Positions 12,143-22,682 of a stretch of DNA of 64,000 nt are shown one piece after another. The translations under genes were made by a program, and so were the position numbers. Source of the DNA: Massalongia carnosa (taxonomy: Eukaryota); NCBI GenBank assembly GCA_965645245.1, contig OZ287086.1, forward strand, positions 558,001-622,000, read 5' to 3'. The first letter of the stretch is position 1; each line of letters begins with the position of its first letter. The notes below the pieces were generated by a model. That model did no database searches, was not told the origin of the DNA, and worked only from the letters and a program-made list of their open reading frames with translations.

Positions 12143-13297
12143 ATGGCCACCCGCATCTCCAACAGAATCACCAAGCCTACCTCCCGCACACAAGGCAGCA
12201 CTCTAGCCCGTACTAGAACTAGAGCTAGGGCAAATCTAGCCAACTCCAACCCAGACGTCGAAGTACCCGACTCACAAGACAGCACGGCAACCCTTCAAAG
12301 CCATCCTCAACCTTCTCCTCTTCCATCTTCAGCGTTTAATTCCTCCTCACAAGGGCCTGTTATACCGGAAACCCGTTCTCGCACCCCTGATGACATTATT
12401 GAACTTAGAGCACAACGCGAAATGTCCCGCAGGGAAGCCGAGGAAAGAGAAAGAGTAAGTCTTAGGCGGGATATCGAAACCCAACAAGCACGTGCCCGAG
12501 ACGTGGTCCCTGGGCCAGTAGCCTCAGCTCAACAGCCTTCCCTATTATTTCCGACATCATTTCCACCGCATCGACCAAACTCATTGTATACAGAAGGTAT
12601 GGATCCTCGTTTTGTTTCTCTTATGAACGAATATCCCACTATCAAGCCCATATGGATAAAGCAAATCTCCGAGAATACGTTTGACCCAATCAACATTACC
12701 AAGCTATGTACCGACATCGACGGAGTTCAAACCAACTCTAGATACGTCAAACTCGGAGAAGGTCTGGAAATCGCCACGAGAGAAGAAGATGGCTCCTTAA
12801 AAGATATCAAAGGGATAGTTCATTTGATACGATGTCTCGGGGTATATTGGATGATACTACTACACTTTGCACACCCCGGTCTCCAGATAAACCTGATGAG
12901 AGCCTTCATGGCTTATCAGGACCATCTTCTATCATTATACGCCTTCTACACCTGGGACTCGGTTCGCATCTTTCATTTGAATTTCCACAAATCTCGAGCC
13001 TTTCGCGGGATTGACAACCCGGATGGATGGAAAGAAATGGACCATTCCTTGGAAAGGCATCTTGTGCGGAAACCGTCCGCTTACTTTGCAAAACCGGACG
13101 ATAATTCTACGGCTTTCAAAACCTCAGGCGAAAAGATTATCTGTAAGAAATACAACTATGGCAAAGACTGTCCCGTATATTGTAGATTCCAACATGTGTG
13201 TGAGAAATGTGGAAAGCAACATCGGGCGATGGACTGTACAAATGGAAAAAATCAACCCTCTAACCCAAATTCGATGCCTCTCCCATCAAGGCAATGA
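12143..13297 (+). CDS. Ngaro ORF1 (gag-like, C-terminal zinc fingers)
   Basis: First ATG at 12143. C-terminal CKKYNYGKDCPVYCRFQHVCEKCGKQHRAMDC. Confidence 0.85.
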   Translation: MATRISNRITKPTSRTQGSTLARTRTRARANLANSNPDVEVPDSQDSTATLQSHPQPSPLPSSAFNSSSQGPVIPETRSRTPDDIIELRAQREMSRREAEERERVSLRRDIETQQARARDVVPGPVASAQQPSLLFPTSFPPHRPNSLYTEGMDPRFVSLMNEYPTIKPIWIKQISENTFDPINITKLCTDIDGVQTNSRYVKLGEGLEIATREEDGSLKDIKGIVHLIRCLGVYWMILLHFAHPGLQINLMRAFMAYQDHLLSLYAFYTWDSVRIFHLNFHKSRAFRGIDNPDGWKEMDHSLERHLVRKPSAYFAKPDDNSTAFKTSGEKIICKKYNYGKDCPVYCRFQHVCEKCGKQHRAMDCTNGKNQPSNPNSMPLPSRQ

Positions 13298-14915
13298 CTA
13301 ACCGCCCCATTCTTATCCATCGCGGAGTCCTTTCCATACACCTTGACGGACAATCTAACAAAGATCCCACCGGGCCCATTGAAGAAAGAAGGCTGGGAGA
13401 AACATTTGGCCAATCACCCGGATCGCACTTACACACAAACAATTATCGATATCATCACCTACGGTGCCAAAGTTGGTTATACAGGACCACATCAACTCAT
13501 TATTAGCGATAATCTTGCCTCTGCAAATGAGGCACCGGAAGTTCTTACCAATGACCTCGAAGAACAAATAGCTAGTAATCGGTTGGAGAAAGTCAACAAC
13601 ATTCCTTCTTGCTTTATATGTTCCCCATTAGGCCTTGTACCAAAGGCTAACGGTGGTTGGCGGCGAATCCATCATCTATCGTATCCGGAGAGTAGCTCAG
13701 TCAACGACCACATACCGGAAGACTGGGGCTCCCTGGAATATACCAGCTTCGACGAAGCCATTAGGTTGATTGAGCAACGCGGGCCAGGGTGTATTCTTAT
13801 TAAAAGAGACTTTGCGGACGCTTTTCGCCACATACCAGTAGCAAAAAGCGATTGGTGGTTACTAGGTTTCAAGTGGCAGGATTCCTTTTGGATGGATAAA
13901 TACTTACCCTTTGGGCTGAGAACGTCGCCGTTCCTTTTTGATCTGTTCGCGAAGGGTATCAACTGGATATTGTACAACTGTGGTTGGAAAGACGCTATTC
14001 ATTACTTGGATGATTTTTTAATAATAGTCAGCACCGGACCAGATGCTGAAAAGTTTGATCAAGTTTTCCACAACATTTGTAAAGATCTTGGCATGAAAAT
14101 CAAGCTCGAAAAGAACAGAACTGGAACGACTTGCGATTTCCTCGGCATTGAAATCGATACCGCGCTCATGGAAGCACGCTTGCCTTCCGAAAAGTTACTA
14201 AAAGCAAAGACCCTAGTATCGGCAGCTTTGAATAAAAAAAGCCATACCCAGGAAGGAACTCGACTCTCTTCTAGGATTCTTATGCTTTGCAGCCAGAGTG
14301 GTAAAACCAGGAAGAGCCTTTCTACGCCGTATTTTCAATGCTACGGCAAGCGTAACCTCTAAACTAATCCATCTTAACAAGGACATGAGGGCTGATCTTC
14401 TATGGTGGCATCATTTCCTACCTAAATGGAATGGCATACATCTGCTCAACCGTACTAGACATACTATGAGAATATGGACAGATGCGTCCGGCTCATATGG
14501 TATGGGCGGCTTTATCCTCAGCGAGGATCAAAATTTGCATAATATACAAGCAGCCCGGCAGGCTTTTAGCACACGCTTTACTACGCGCCTTAGGGCAAAG
14601 CATATCAACGTCAAAGAAATGACAGCAATTCTTCAAGCTATGAAAAAGTGGCTACCTATATGCAAGGGTAGTCATTTAATCCTCTATTGTGATAGCTACG
14701 CTGTCACAAAAGGAGTGAATAAAACCTCTATACGAGGCCAAGCAATGCATGCCCTGCGGGCAATTACAATGCTAGCTGCATTACATGATATCCAGATAGA
14801 AGCGCGATGGATATCATCCAAAGAAAATTATATTGCTGATCTCTTGTCTAGAGGACTTTTGAAGAAACTGGCTGACAAAATCCCTCAGTTTCAGGCTCTA
14901 CCCTCAGCAATATAG
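13298..14915 (+). CDS. Ngaro reverse transcriptase-RNase H, frameshifted at an A7 run near 14234-14240
   Basis: DIRS/Ngaro-type RT motifs RRIHHLS, KRDFADAF, LPFGLRTSP and HYLDDF; RNase H motifs WTDASG, HINVKEM and NYIADLLSR. Confidence 0.9.
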
Positions 14916-15931
14916 GACGCGATCCACCCCCATCTTGGTACAGTGAGGTACCTCTAGACGAAATCGCAGCACGATACCTCTGGTGGGGCCTGGCCACTAA
15001 GACAAGATCTTTATACACAACGGCAAGAAAGGGATACGTTCTTTACTGTAGGGTAAACCTCAACGCGCCACCATTTCCAGCCAACATCCGGACGCTGTCT
15101 TCGTGGATCGCAGCGTTGGGTGAACGACGCCTGCAACCAAAAACTATTAAGAGCTACTTGACGGGCATAAGATCATGCCAGATAGATATGGGCCTCGGTA
15201 ATCTCGACGTATTTCATCACCCGGTGTTAGATCGCATCCTTACTGGCATAAAGCGAAAGAACGGTGAAGCCGAGAAACGTGAAAGGTTACCAATTACTAG
15301 AGAGATCTTAATCAAATTGCTAAGTCGTCTTGATCAAACGAAAGAGAAAGGCGCAAATTTACATGCGGCGTACTGCTTAGCGTTTGCAGGCTTCTTACGA
15401 GCCGGAGAATTTACTTACACAACGCAAGATGTACTAGACCCAAGCTTTGATCAATGGCACCTCACCAGAAAATCTATTAGGTTCGAAGCAGATCACCTAC
15501 AGCTCTCTCTACCAGTCTCCAAAACCGATCCCTTTCGCCGAGGCATAACACTGACAATTGCGGCTACCAACGATGTTGCTTGTGCACTAGCTTCTCTTAC
15601 AAATTTATATAGGCGATTCCCAAGTTCTCCGGCCGCACCACTCTTTAAAAACGGTCAGTCCTTCACTCGAGACTACATTACAACAGCGATGAAATCCACC
15701 TTAAGGAACTTGGGCTATATAGGAAATTTCTCTGGCCACTCGTTCAGAAGAGGTGCGGCAACAACAGCGCGACGGGCAGGACTCACCGAAGACGAGATTC
15801 AGATGCTAGGAAGATGGAAGTCAGACGCATACAAGCTTTACATACAAACCCACCCCACTTACCTTCTTAACGCCTCAAAACGCCTTCAAACATTACCCAC
15901 GGAACCTCACAATCCAGTCACTAGGTCCTGA
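14876..15931 (+). CDS. Ngaro tyrosine recombinase
   Basis: Catalytic set FLRAGE (R), SKTD (K), GHSFRRG (HxxR), LGRW and AYKLY (Y). The frame is open from 14876. Confidence 0.92.
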   Translation, partial: QNPSVSGSTLSNIGRDPPPSWYSEVPLDEIAARYLWWGLATKTRSLYTTARKGYVLYCRVNLNAPPFPANIRTLSSWIAALGERRLQPKTIKSYLTGIRSCQIDMGLGNLDVFHHPVLDRILTGIKRKNGEAEKRERLPITREILIKLLSRLDQTKEKGANLHAAYCLAFAGFLRAGEFTYTTQDVLDPSFDQWHLTRKSIRFEADHLQLSLPVSKTDPFRRGITLTIAATNDVACALASLTNLYRRFPSSPAAPLFKNGQSFTRDYITTAMKSTLRNLGYIGNFSGHSFRRGAATTARRAGLTEDEIQMLGRWKSDAYKLYIQTHPTYLLNASKRLQTLPTEPHNPVTRS

Positions 15932-15967
15932 ACAACACCGCAAGCGGGTCGTTCCATGTTGGGGATT

Positions 15968-16658
15968 GGGAGTCTGTTCACAGCCCAAGGCCTGCGAGAG
16001 GGTCTTACATTAGTAGACAGCAAGGCCCTTATCGAGTCCCCCTCTCGAGGCCGGGGGCTGTGAGCAATAGCCCAAACATACTTAGTAGCAATATAACGAG
16101 ATTGACACGAACTAGCTAGTTCGGCTATGCTGAGAGCTAGTGCGTCGTTAATCGAGACAGCTCCCGCTTTGATTTCGGCACCGCATGGATCTCTCGGACG
16201 GCATAGATGTCTCAGCACCATAAGGATGTCTCAGCACGGCATAGAGATCTTAGCACCGCATCGATCCTTCGGACGACAGTTAGGTTTCGGATTTGTGTAT
16301 GCCTTGCTATGGGCCGCGTTGATGGGGCATACTGGGATGGTAGAGTAGGACAAGGAGAATAGGAAGAAGATATATAAAGAGGAGGTCCCAGACGGTATCC
16401 CTCATCATCTCACATCTCAAGACAATCAAAAAGCATAGCATTTTGATAGCACTGTTTGCAACGTTTTCTTTCCCACCCACCCACTCCAGTTCTTCTGTCG
16501 CTTAGATAGAGGGAGTCTGTTCACAGCCCAAGGCCTGCGAGAGGGTCTTACATTAGTAGACAGCAAGGCCCTTATCGAGTCCCCCTCTCGAGGCCGGGGG
16601 CTGTGAGCAATAGCCCAAACATACTTAGTAGCAATATAACGAGATTGACACGAACTAG
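15968..16658 (+). repeat. Ngaro 3' repeat block: B1 (15968-16115), A2 (16116-16471), 39-bp spacer, B2 (16511-16658)
   Basis: B1 and B2 are 148-bp direct repeats, and A2 repeats A1. Confidence 0.95.
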
Positions 16659-17050
16659 GTAGACCTTATGTTGATTGAGTAATCCAAGACTGACAAGATT
16701 TACTGGACATTGTGGAATGTAAAGAATGTTATTAAGGACGAGTACAGACGAAGGTGTGTCATCTTCTGATGATAACGTTATACGAATCATTCCCCTTCCT
16801 GGCGAAGTACCATTTGAAGTAGAGCCTGCCAGGTCTGTAGGATAGACCATGTAGTCAGCGAATGAAGATCTGTTGTTACATACGTGCATGTCTGCGGCAC
16901 TATCCAAAAGCCAGGAATTTCTGCTGAGACTCGTCATGGTCATAACCTTCTGCAGCCTAGTGGTCATGACCAATGTGAGCCAACTGTTCACAGTTGGCAG
17001 TTGCATTACTAGCTTGTACGCACCCTGGATAAGCAGTGAAATGGCTGTTT
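16659..17050 (-). pseudogene. Copia protease-region fragment in the inverted spacer
   Basis: SWLLDSAADMHVC...LYIPQCPVNLVSLG is close to the Copia at 52240-52570. Belongs with 23107-25230. Confidence 0.85.
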
Positions 17051-17384
17051 ACTAGCAAAGATTTACCACAAGGGGGGGGGGAGGGGACGGTCGGGGGGGA
17101 CTGTCCCTAAGCACCTCGTAAAAGCAAACAGGCAAGCAGACAGGTTATCAGTGGTCGCGCGTGGCAACTAGGTTAGGTTGGGTATGGTTAGGTTCAGTAT
17201 GACTAGGTTGAGTTGGCTAGTTTAGGTGGAATATGTATGCATGCGTTGGATTTGACTGAGTGTTTAGAACGTAAACGTAGTTATTAATGCTTTATCGCAG
17301 CATAATCTAGTCAATGAAGTTACATTCCTACAGCTACATTCCTACTGCTACATCCTATATATACAATCCTCGTCATTCGCAACA

Positions 17385-18166
17385 ATGAGCAGCTCGCAGA
17401 TGATGGATTCAGAGATACACCATCTTCAAGTTGTGGGCAAACCCACCAGATGCTACGCATATGTGGCCGAGAAGAGCGAGGAGTTTATGGAATGGTGGCG
17501 AAGTACGAGATGGCATTTTGCTAATGAAGAGAAGAGTAGAAAGGCGATGAAGAAGATCGATTGGGGATCGACCAAAGGAAAGGCGGCGGAATGGAAAGAG
17601 TTTCAGGAAGGCGCCACTGTAGGCGATGGTAATCCCAAAATAATCTGCTCGCGATGCTCCCTGGTCTTGACTCATCCCTCACTGGGCTCCGGAAATAACT
17701 GCATGACTAATCACTTAAATTCCGAGTCCTGTAAAAAGACGTCGACATTGAAAGGAATGAAGCAACTTTCCTTAAAGGTTGGATATCGTGCCGAAGTATG
17801 ACTACCACAATGACTACCACATTACTTGCCTTGCTAATCAATATTAGATTGAAGCAAAAAGACAAGAGGCCTTAACTCTCAACGGGCGTAGACTAAAAAA
17901 GGATGATTTCACGCCTCAATTGCTTCGTATGATTGTTGCTCTTGGGCTACCGTTACGAAGTGTCGCCAATGTCGAATTGCAAAGAGCATTCAACTGTCTG
18001 CTCGATAACGTACAGTTTCCTTCACCATCGACAATCAAGAATCGCTTGATGACCCGAAGTCAAGAGATTATTCCGCTTTTGCTCGAAAGGCTACCTAGGG
18101 GTAGTTCAAAGGTCTCTCTGGCTTTGGATTGTTGGTCGTCATTTAATCGTCAAGGTTATCTGGCCA
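17385..18166 (+). pseudogene. 5' half of the hAT transposase; exons 17385-17795 and 17848-18166
   Basis: BED-like finger CSRC...HL, intron 17796-17847 (GT..CTAAT..AG) and first catalytic Asp motif SLALDCWSS. Ends in GYLA at the Ngaro junction. Confidence 0.9.
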
Positions 18167-18893
18167 CTAGTTCGTGTCAATCTCGTTATATTGCTACTAA
18201 GTATGTTTGGGCTATTGCTCACAGCCCCCGGCCTCGAGAGGGGGACTCGATAAGGGCCTTGCTGTCTACTAATGTAAGACCCTCTCGCAGGCCTTGGGCT
18301 GTGAACAGACTCCCTCTATCTAAGCGACAGAAGAACTGGAGTGGGTGGGTGGGAAAGAAAACGTTGCAAACAGTGCTATCAAAATGCTATGCTTTTTGAT
18401 TGTCTTGAGATGTGAGATGATGAGGGATACCGTCTGGGACCTCCTCTTTATATATCTTCTTCCTATTCTCCTTGTCCTACTCTACCATCCCAGTATGCCC
18501 CATCAACGCGGCCCATAGCAAGGCATACACAAATCCGAAACCTAACTGTCGTCCGAAGGATCGATGCGGTGCTAAGATCTCTATGCCGTGCTGAGACATC
18601 CTTATGGTGCTGAGACATCTATGCCGTCCGAGAGATCCATGCGGTGCCGAAATCAAAGCGGGAGCTGTCTCGATTAACGACGCACTAGCTCTCAGCATAG
18701 CCGAACTAGCTAGTTCGTGTCAATCTCGTTATATTGCTACTAAGTATGTTTGGGCTATTGCTCACAGCCCCCGGCCTCGAGAGGGGGACTCGATAAGGGC
18801 CTTGCTGTCTACTAATGTAAGACCCTCTCGCAGGCCTTGGGCTGTGAACAGACTCCCAATCCCCAACATGGAACGACCCGCTTGCGGTGTTGT

Positions 18894-19949
18894 TCAGGAC
18901 CTAGTGACTGGATTGTGAGGTTCCGTGGGTAATGTTTGAAGGCGTTTTGAGGCGTTAAGAAGGTAAGTGGGGTGGGTTTGTATGTAAAGCTTGTATGCGT
19001 CTGACTTCCATCTTCCTAGCATCTGAATCTCGTCTTCGGTGAGTCCTGCCCGTCGCGCTGTTGTTGCCGCACCTCTTCTGAACGAGTGGCCAGAGAAATT
19101 TCCTATATAGCCCAAGTTCCTTAAGGTGGATTTCATCGCTGTTGTAATGTAGTCTCGAGTGAAGGACTGACCGTTTTTAAAGAGTGGTGCGGCCGGAGAA
19201 CTTGGGAATCGCCTATATAAATTTGTAAGAGAAGCTAGTGCACAAGCAACATCGTTGGTAGCCGCAATTGTCAGTGTTATGCCTCGGCGAAAGGGATCGG
19301 TTTTGGAGACTGGTAGAGAGAGCTGTAGGTGATCTGCTTCGAACCTAATAGATTTTCTGGTGAGGTGCCATTGATCAAAGCTTGGGTCTAGTACATCTTG
19401 CGTTGTGTAAGTAAATTCTCCGGCTCGTAAGAAGCCTGCAAACGCTAAGCAGTACGCCGCATGTAAATTTGCGCCTTTCTCTTTCGTTTGATCAAGACGA
19501 CTTAGCAATTTGATTAAGATCTCTCTAGTAATTGGTAACCTTTCACGTTTCTCGGCTTCACCGTTCTTTCGCTTTATGCCAGTAAGGATGCGATCTAACA
19601 CCGGGTGATGAAATACGTCGAGATTACCGAGGCCCATATCTATCTGGCATGATCTTATGCCCGTCAAGTAGCTCTTAATAGTTTTTGGTTGCAGGCGTCG
19701 TTCACCCAACGCTGCGATCCACGAAGACAGCGTCCGGATGTTGGCTGGAAATGGTGGCGCGTTGAGGTTTACCCTACAGTAAAGAACGTATCCCTTTCTT
19801 GCCGTTGTGTATAAAGATCTTGTCTTAGTGGCCAGGCCCCACCAGAGGTATCGTGCTGCGATTTCGTCTAGAGGTACCTCACTGTACCAAGATGGGGGTG
19901 GATCGCGTCCTATATTGCTGAGGGTAGAGCCTGAAACTGAGGGATTTTG
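18894..19949 (-). CDS. Ngaro tyrosine recombinase (copy 2)
   Basis: Translation identical to copy 1. Confidence 0.92.
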   Translation of the reverse strand, partial: QNPSVSGSTLSNIGRDPPPSWYSEVPLDEIAARYLWWGLATKTRSLYTTARKGYVLYCRVNLNAPPFPANIRTLSSWIAALGERRLQPKTIKSYLTGIRSCQIDMGLGNLDVFHHPVLDRILTGIKRKNGEAEKRERLPITREILIKLLSRLDQTKEKGANLHAAYCLAFAGFLRAGEFTYTTQDVLDPSFDQWHLTRKSIRFEADHLQLSLPVSKTDPFRRGITLTIAATNDVACALASLTNLYRRFPSSPAAPLFKNGQSFTRDYITTAMKSTLRNLGYIGNFSGHSFRRGAATTARRAGLTEDEIQMLGRWKSDAYKLYIQTHPTYLLNASKRLQTLPTEPHNPVTRS

Positions 19950-21527
19950 TCAGCCAGTTTCTTCAAAAGTCCTCTAGACAAGAGATCAGCAATATAATTT
20001 TCTTTGGATGATATCCATCGCGCTTCTATCTGGATATCATGTAATGCAGCTAGCATTGTAATTGCCCGCAGGGCATGCATTGCTTGGCCTCGTATAGAGG
20101 TTTTATTCACTCCTTTTGTGACAGCGTAGCTATCACAATAGAGGATTAAATGACTACCCTTGCATATAGGTAGCCACTTTTTCATAGCTTGAAGAATTGC
20201 TGTCATTTCTTTGACGTTGATATGCTTTGCCCTAAGGCGCGTAGTAAAGCGTGTGCTAAAAGCCTGCCGGGCTGCTTGTATATTATGCAAATTTTGATCC
20301 TCGCTGAGGATAAAGCCGCCCATACCATATGAGCCGGACGCATCTGTCCATATTCTCATAGTATGTCTAGTACGGTTGAGCAGATGTATGCCATTCCATT
20401 TAGGTAGGAAATGATGCCACCATAGAAGATCAGCCCTCATGTCCTTGTTAAGATGGATTAGTTTAGAGGTTACGCTTGCCGTAGCATTGAAAATACGGCG
20501 TAGAAAGGCTCTTCCTGGTTTTACCACTCTGGCTGCAAAGCATAAGAATCCTAGAAGAGAGTCGAGTTCCTTCCTGGGTATGGCTTTTTTTATTCAAAGC
20601 TGCCGATACTAGGGTCTTTGCTTTTAGTAACTTTTCGGAAGGCAAGCGTGCTTCCATGAGCGCGGTATCGATTTCAATGCCGAGGAAATCGCAAGTCGTT
20701 CCAGTTCTGTTCTTTTCGAGCTTGATTTTCATGCCAAGATCTTTACAAATGTTGTGGAAAACTTGATCAAACTTTTCAGCATCTGGTCCGGTGCTGACTA
20801 TTATTAAAAAATCATCCAAGTAATGAATAGCGTCTTTCCAACCACAGTTGTACAATATCCAGTTGATACCCTTCGCGAACAGATCAAAAAGGAACGGCGA
20901 CGTTCTCAGCCCAAAGGGTAAGTATTTATCCATCCAAAAGGAATCCTGCCACTTGAAACCTAGTAACCACCAATCGCTTTTTGCTACTGGTATGTGGCGA
21001 AAAGCGTCCGCAAAGTCTCTTTTAATAAGAATACACCCTGGCCCGCGTTGCTCAATCAACCTAATGGCTTCGTCGAAGCTGGTATATTCCAGGGAGCCCC
21101 AGTCTTCCGGTATGTGGTCGTTGACTGAGCTACTCTCCGGATACGATAGATGATGGATTCGCCGCCAACCACCGTTAGCCTTTGGTACAAGGCCTAATGG
21201 GGAACATATAAAGCAAGAAGGAATGTTGTTGACTTTCTCCAACCGATTACTAGCTATTTGTTCTTCGAGGTCATTGGTAAGAACTTCCGGTGCCTCATTT
21301 GCAGAGGCAAGATTATCGCTAATAATGAGTTGATGTGGTCCTGTATAACCAACTTTGGCACCGTAGGTGATGATATCGATAATTGTTTGTGTGTAAGTGC
21401 GATCCGGGTGATTGGCCAAATGTTTCTCCCAGCCTTCTTTCTTCAATGGGCCCGGTGGGATCTTTGTTAGATTGTCCGTCAAGGTGTATGGAAAGGACTC
21501 CGCGATGGATAAGAATGGGGCGGTTAG
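19910..21527 (-). CDS. Ngaro RT-RNase H (copy 2), same A7 frameshift
   Basis: Translations identical to copy 1. Confidence 0.9.
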
Positions 21528-22682
21528 TCATTGCCTTGATGGGAGAGGCATCGAATTTGGGTTAGAGGGTTGATTTTTTCCATTTGTACAGTCCATCGCC
21601 CGATGTTGCTTTCCACATTTCTCACACACATGTTGGAATCTACAATATACGGGACAGTCTTTGCCATAGTTGTATTTCTTACAGATAATCTTTTCGCCTG
21701 AGGTTTTGAAAGCCGTAGAATTATCGTCCGGTTTTGCAAAGTAAGCGGACGGTTTCCGCACAAGATGCCTTTCCAAGGAATGGTCCATTTCTTTCCATCC
21801 ATCCGGGTTGTCAATCCCGCGAAAGGCTCGAGATTTGTGGAAATTCAAATGAAAGATGCGAACCGAGTCCCAGGTGTAGAAGGCGTATAATGATAGAAGA
21901 TGGTCCTGATAAGCCATGAAGGCTCTCATCAGGTTTATCTGGAGACCGGGGTGTGCAAAGTGTAGTAGTATCATCCAATATACCCCGAGACATCGTATCA
22001 AATGAACTATCCCTTTGATATCTTTTAAGGAGCCATCTTCTTCTCTCGTGGCGATTTCCAGACCTTCTCCGAGTTTGACGTATCTAGAGTTGGTTTGAAC
22101 TCCGTCGATGTCGGTACATAGCTTGGTAATGTTGATTGGGTCAAACGTATTCTCGGAGATTTGCTTTATCCATATGGGCTTGATAGTGGGATATTCGTTC
22201 ATAAGAGAAACAAAACGAGGATCCATACCTTCTGTATACAATGAGTTTGGTCGATGCGGTGGAAATGATGTCGGAAATAATAGGGAAGGCTGTTGAGCTG
22301 AGGCTACTGGCCCAGGGACCACGTCTCGGGCACGTGCTTGTTGGGTTTCGATATCCCGCCTAAGACTTACTCTTTCTCTTTCCTCGGCTTCCCTGCGGGA
22401 CATTTCGCGTTGTGCTCTAAGTTCAATAATGTCATCAGGGGTGCGAGAACGGGTTTCCGGTATAACAGGCCCTTGTGAGGAGGAATTAAACGCTGAAGAT
22501 GGAAGAGGAGAAGGTTGAGGATGGCTTTGAAGGGTTGCCGTGCTGTCTTGTGAGTCGGGTACTTCGACGTCTGGGTTGGAGTTGGCTAGATTTGCCCTAG
22601 CTCTAGTTCTAGTACGGGCTAGAGTGCTGCCTTGTGTGCGGGAGGTAGGCTTGGTGATTCTGTTGGAGATGCGGGTGGCCAT
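21528..22682 (-). CDS. Ngaro ORF1 (copy 2)
   Basis: Translation identical to copy 1. Confidence 0.85.
   Translation of the reverse strand: MATRISNRITKPTSRTQGSTLARTRTRARANLANSNPDVEVPDSQDSTATLQSHPQPSPLPSSAFNSSSQGPVIPETRSRTPDDIIELRAQREMSRREAEERERVSLRRDIETQQARARDVVPGPVASAQQPSLLFPTSFPPHRPNSLYTEGMDPRFVSLMNEYPTIKPIWIKQISENTFDPINITKLCTDIDGVQTNSRYVKLGEGLEIATREEDGSLKDIKGIVHLIRCLGVYWMILLHFAHPGLQINLMRAFMAYQDHLLSLYAFYTWDSVRIFHLNFHKSRAFRGIDNPDGWKEMDHSLERHLVRKPSAYFAKPDDNSTAFKTSGEKIICKKYNYGKDCPVYCRFQHVCEKCGKQHRAMDCTNGKNQPSNPNSMPLPSRQ

Larger units (their letters stand above)
11719..16658 (+). mobile_element. Ngaro-type tyrosine-recombinase retrotransposon, copy 1 (4,940 bp)
   Basis: Split direct repeats A1-[gag, RT, RNase H, YR]-B1-A2-B2, no TSD and no integrase. 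Confidence 0.95.

Noticed and set aside
14876..15931. Tyrosine recombinase as a phage integrase, Crypton or Starship captain
   Set aside because: It follows gag-RT-RNase H inside split direct repeats, which is Ngaro architecture.
11273..18918. Repeated ORFs MVLRHLCRP... and MLRASASLI...
   Set aside because: They are translations of Ngaro A/B repeats, some running into flanking DNA by chance.
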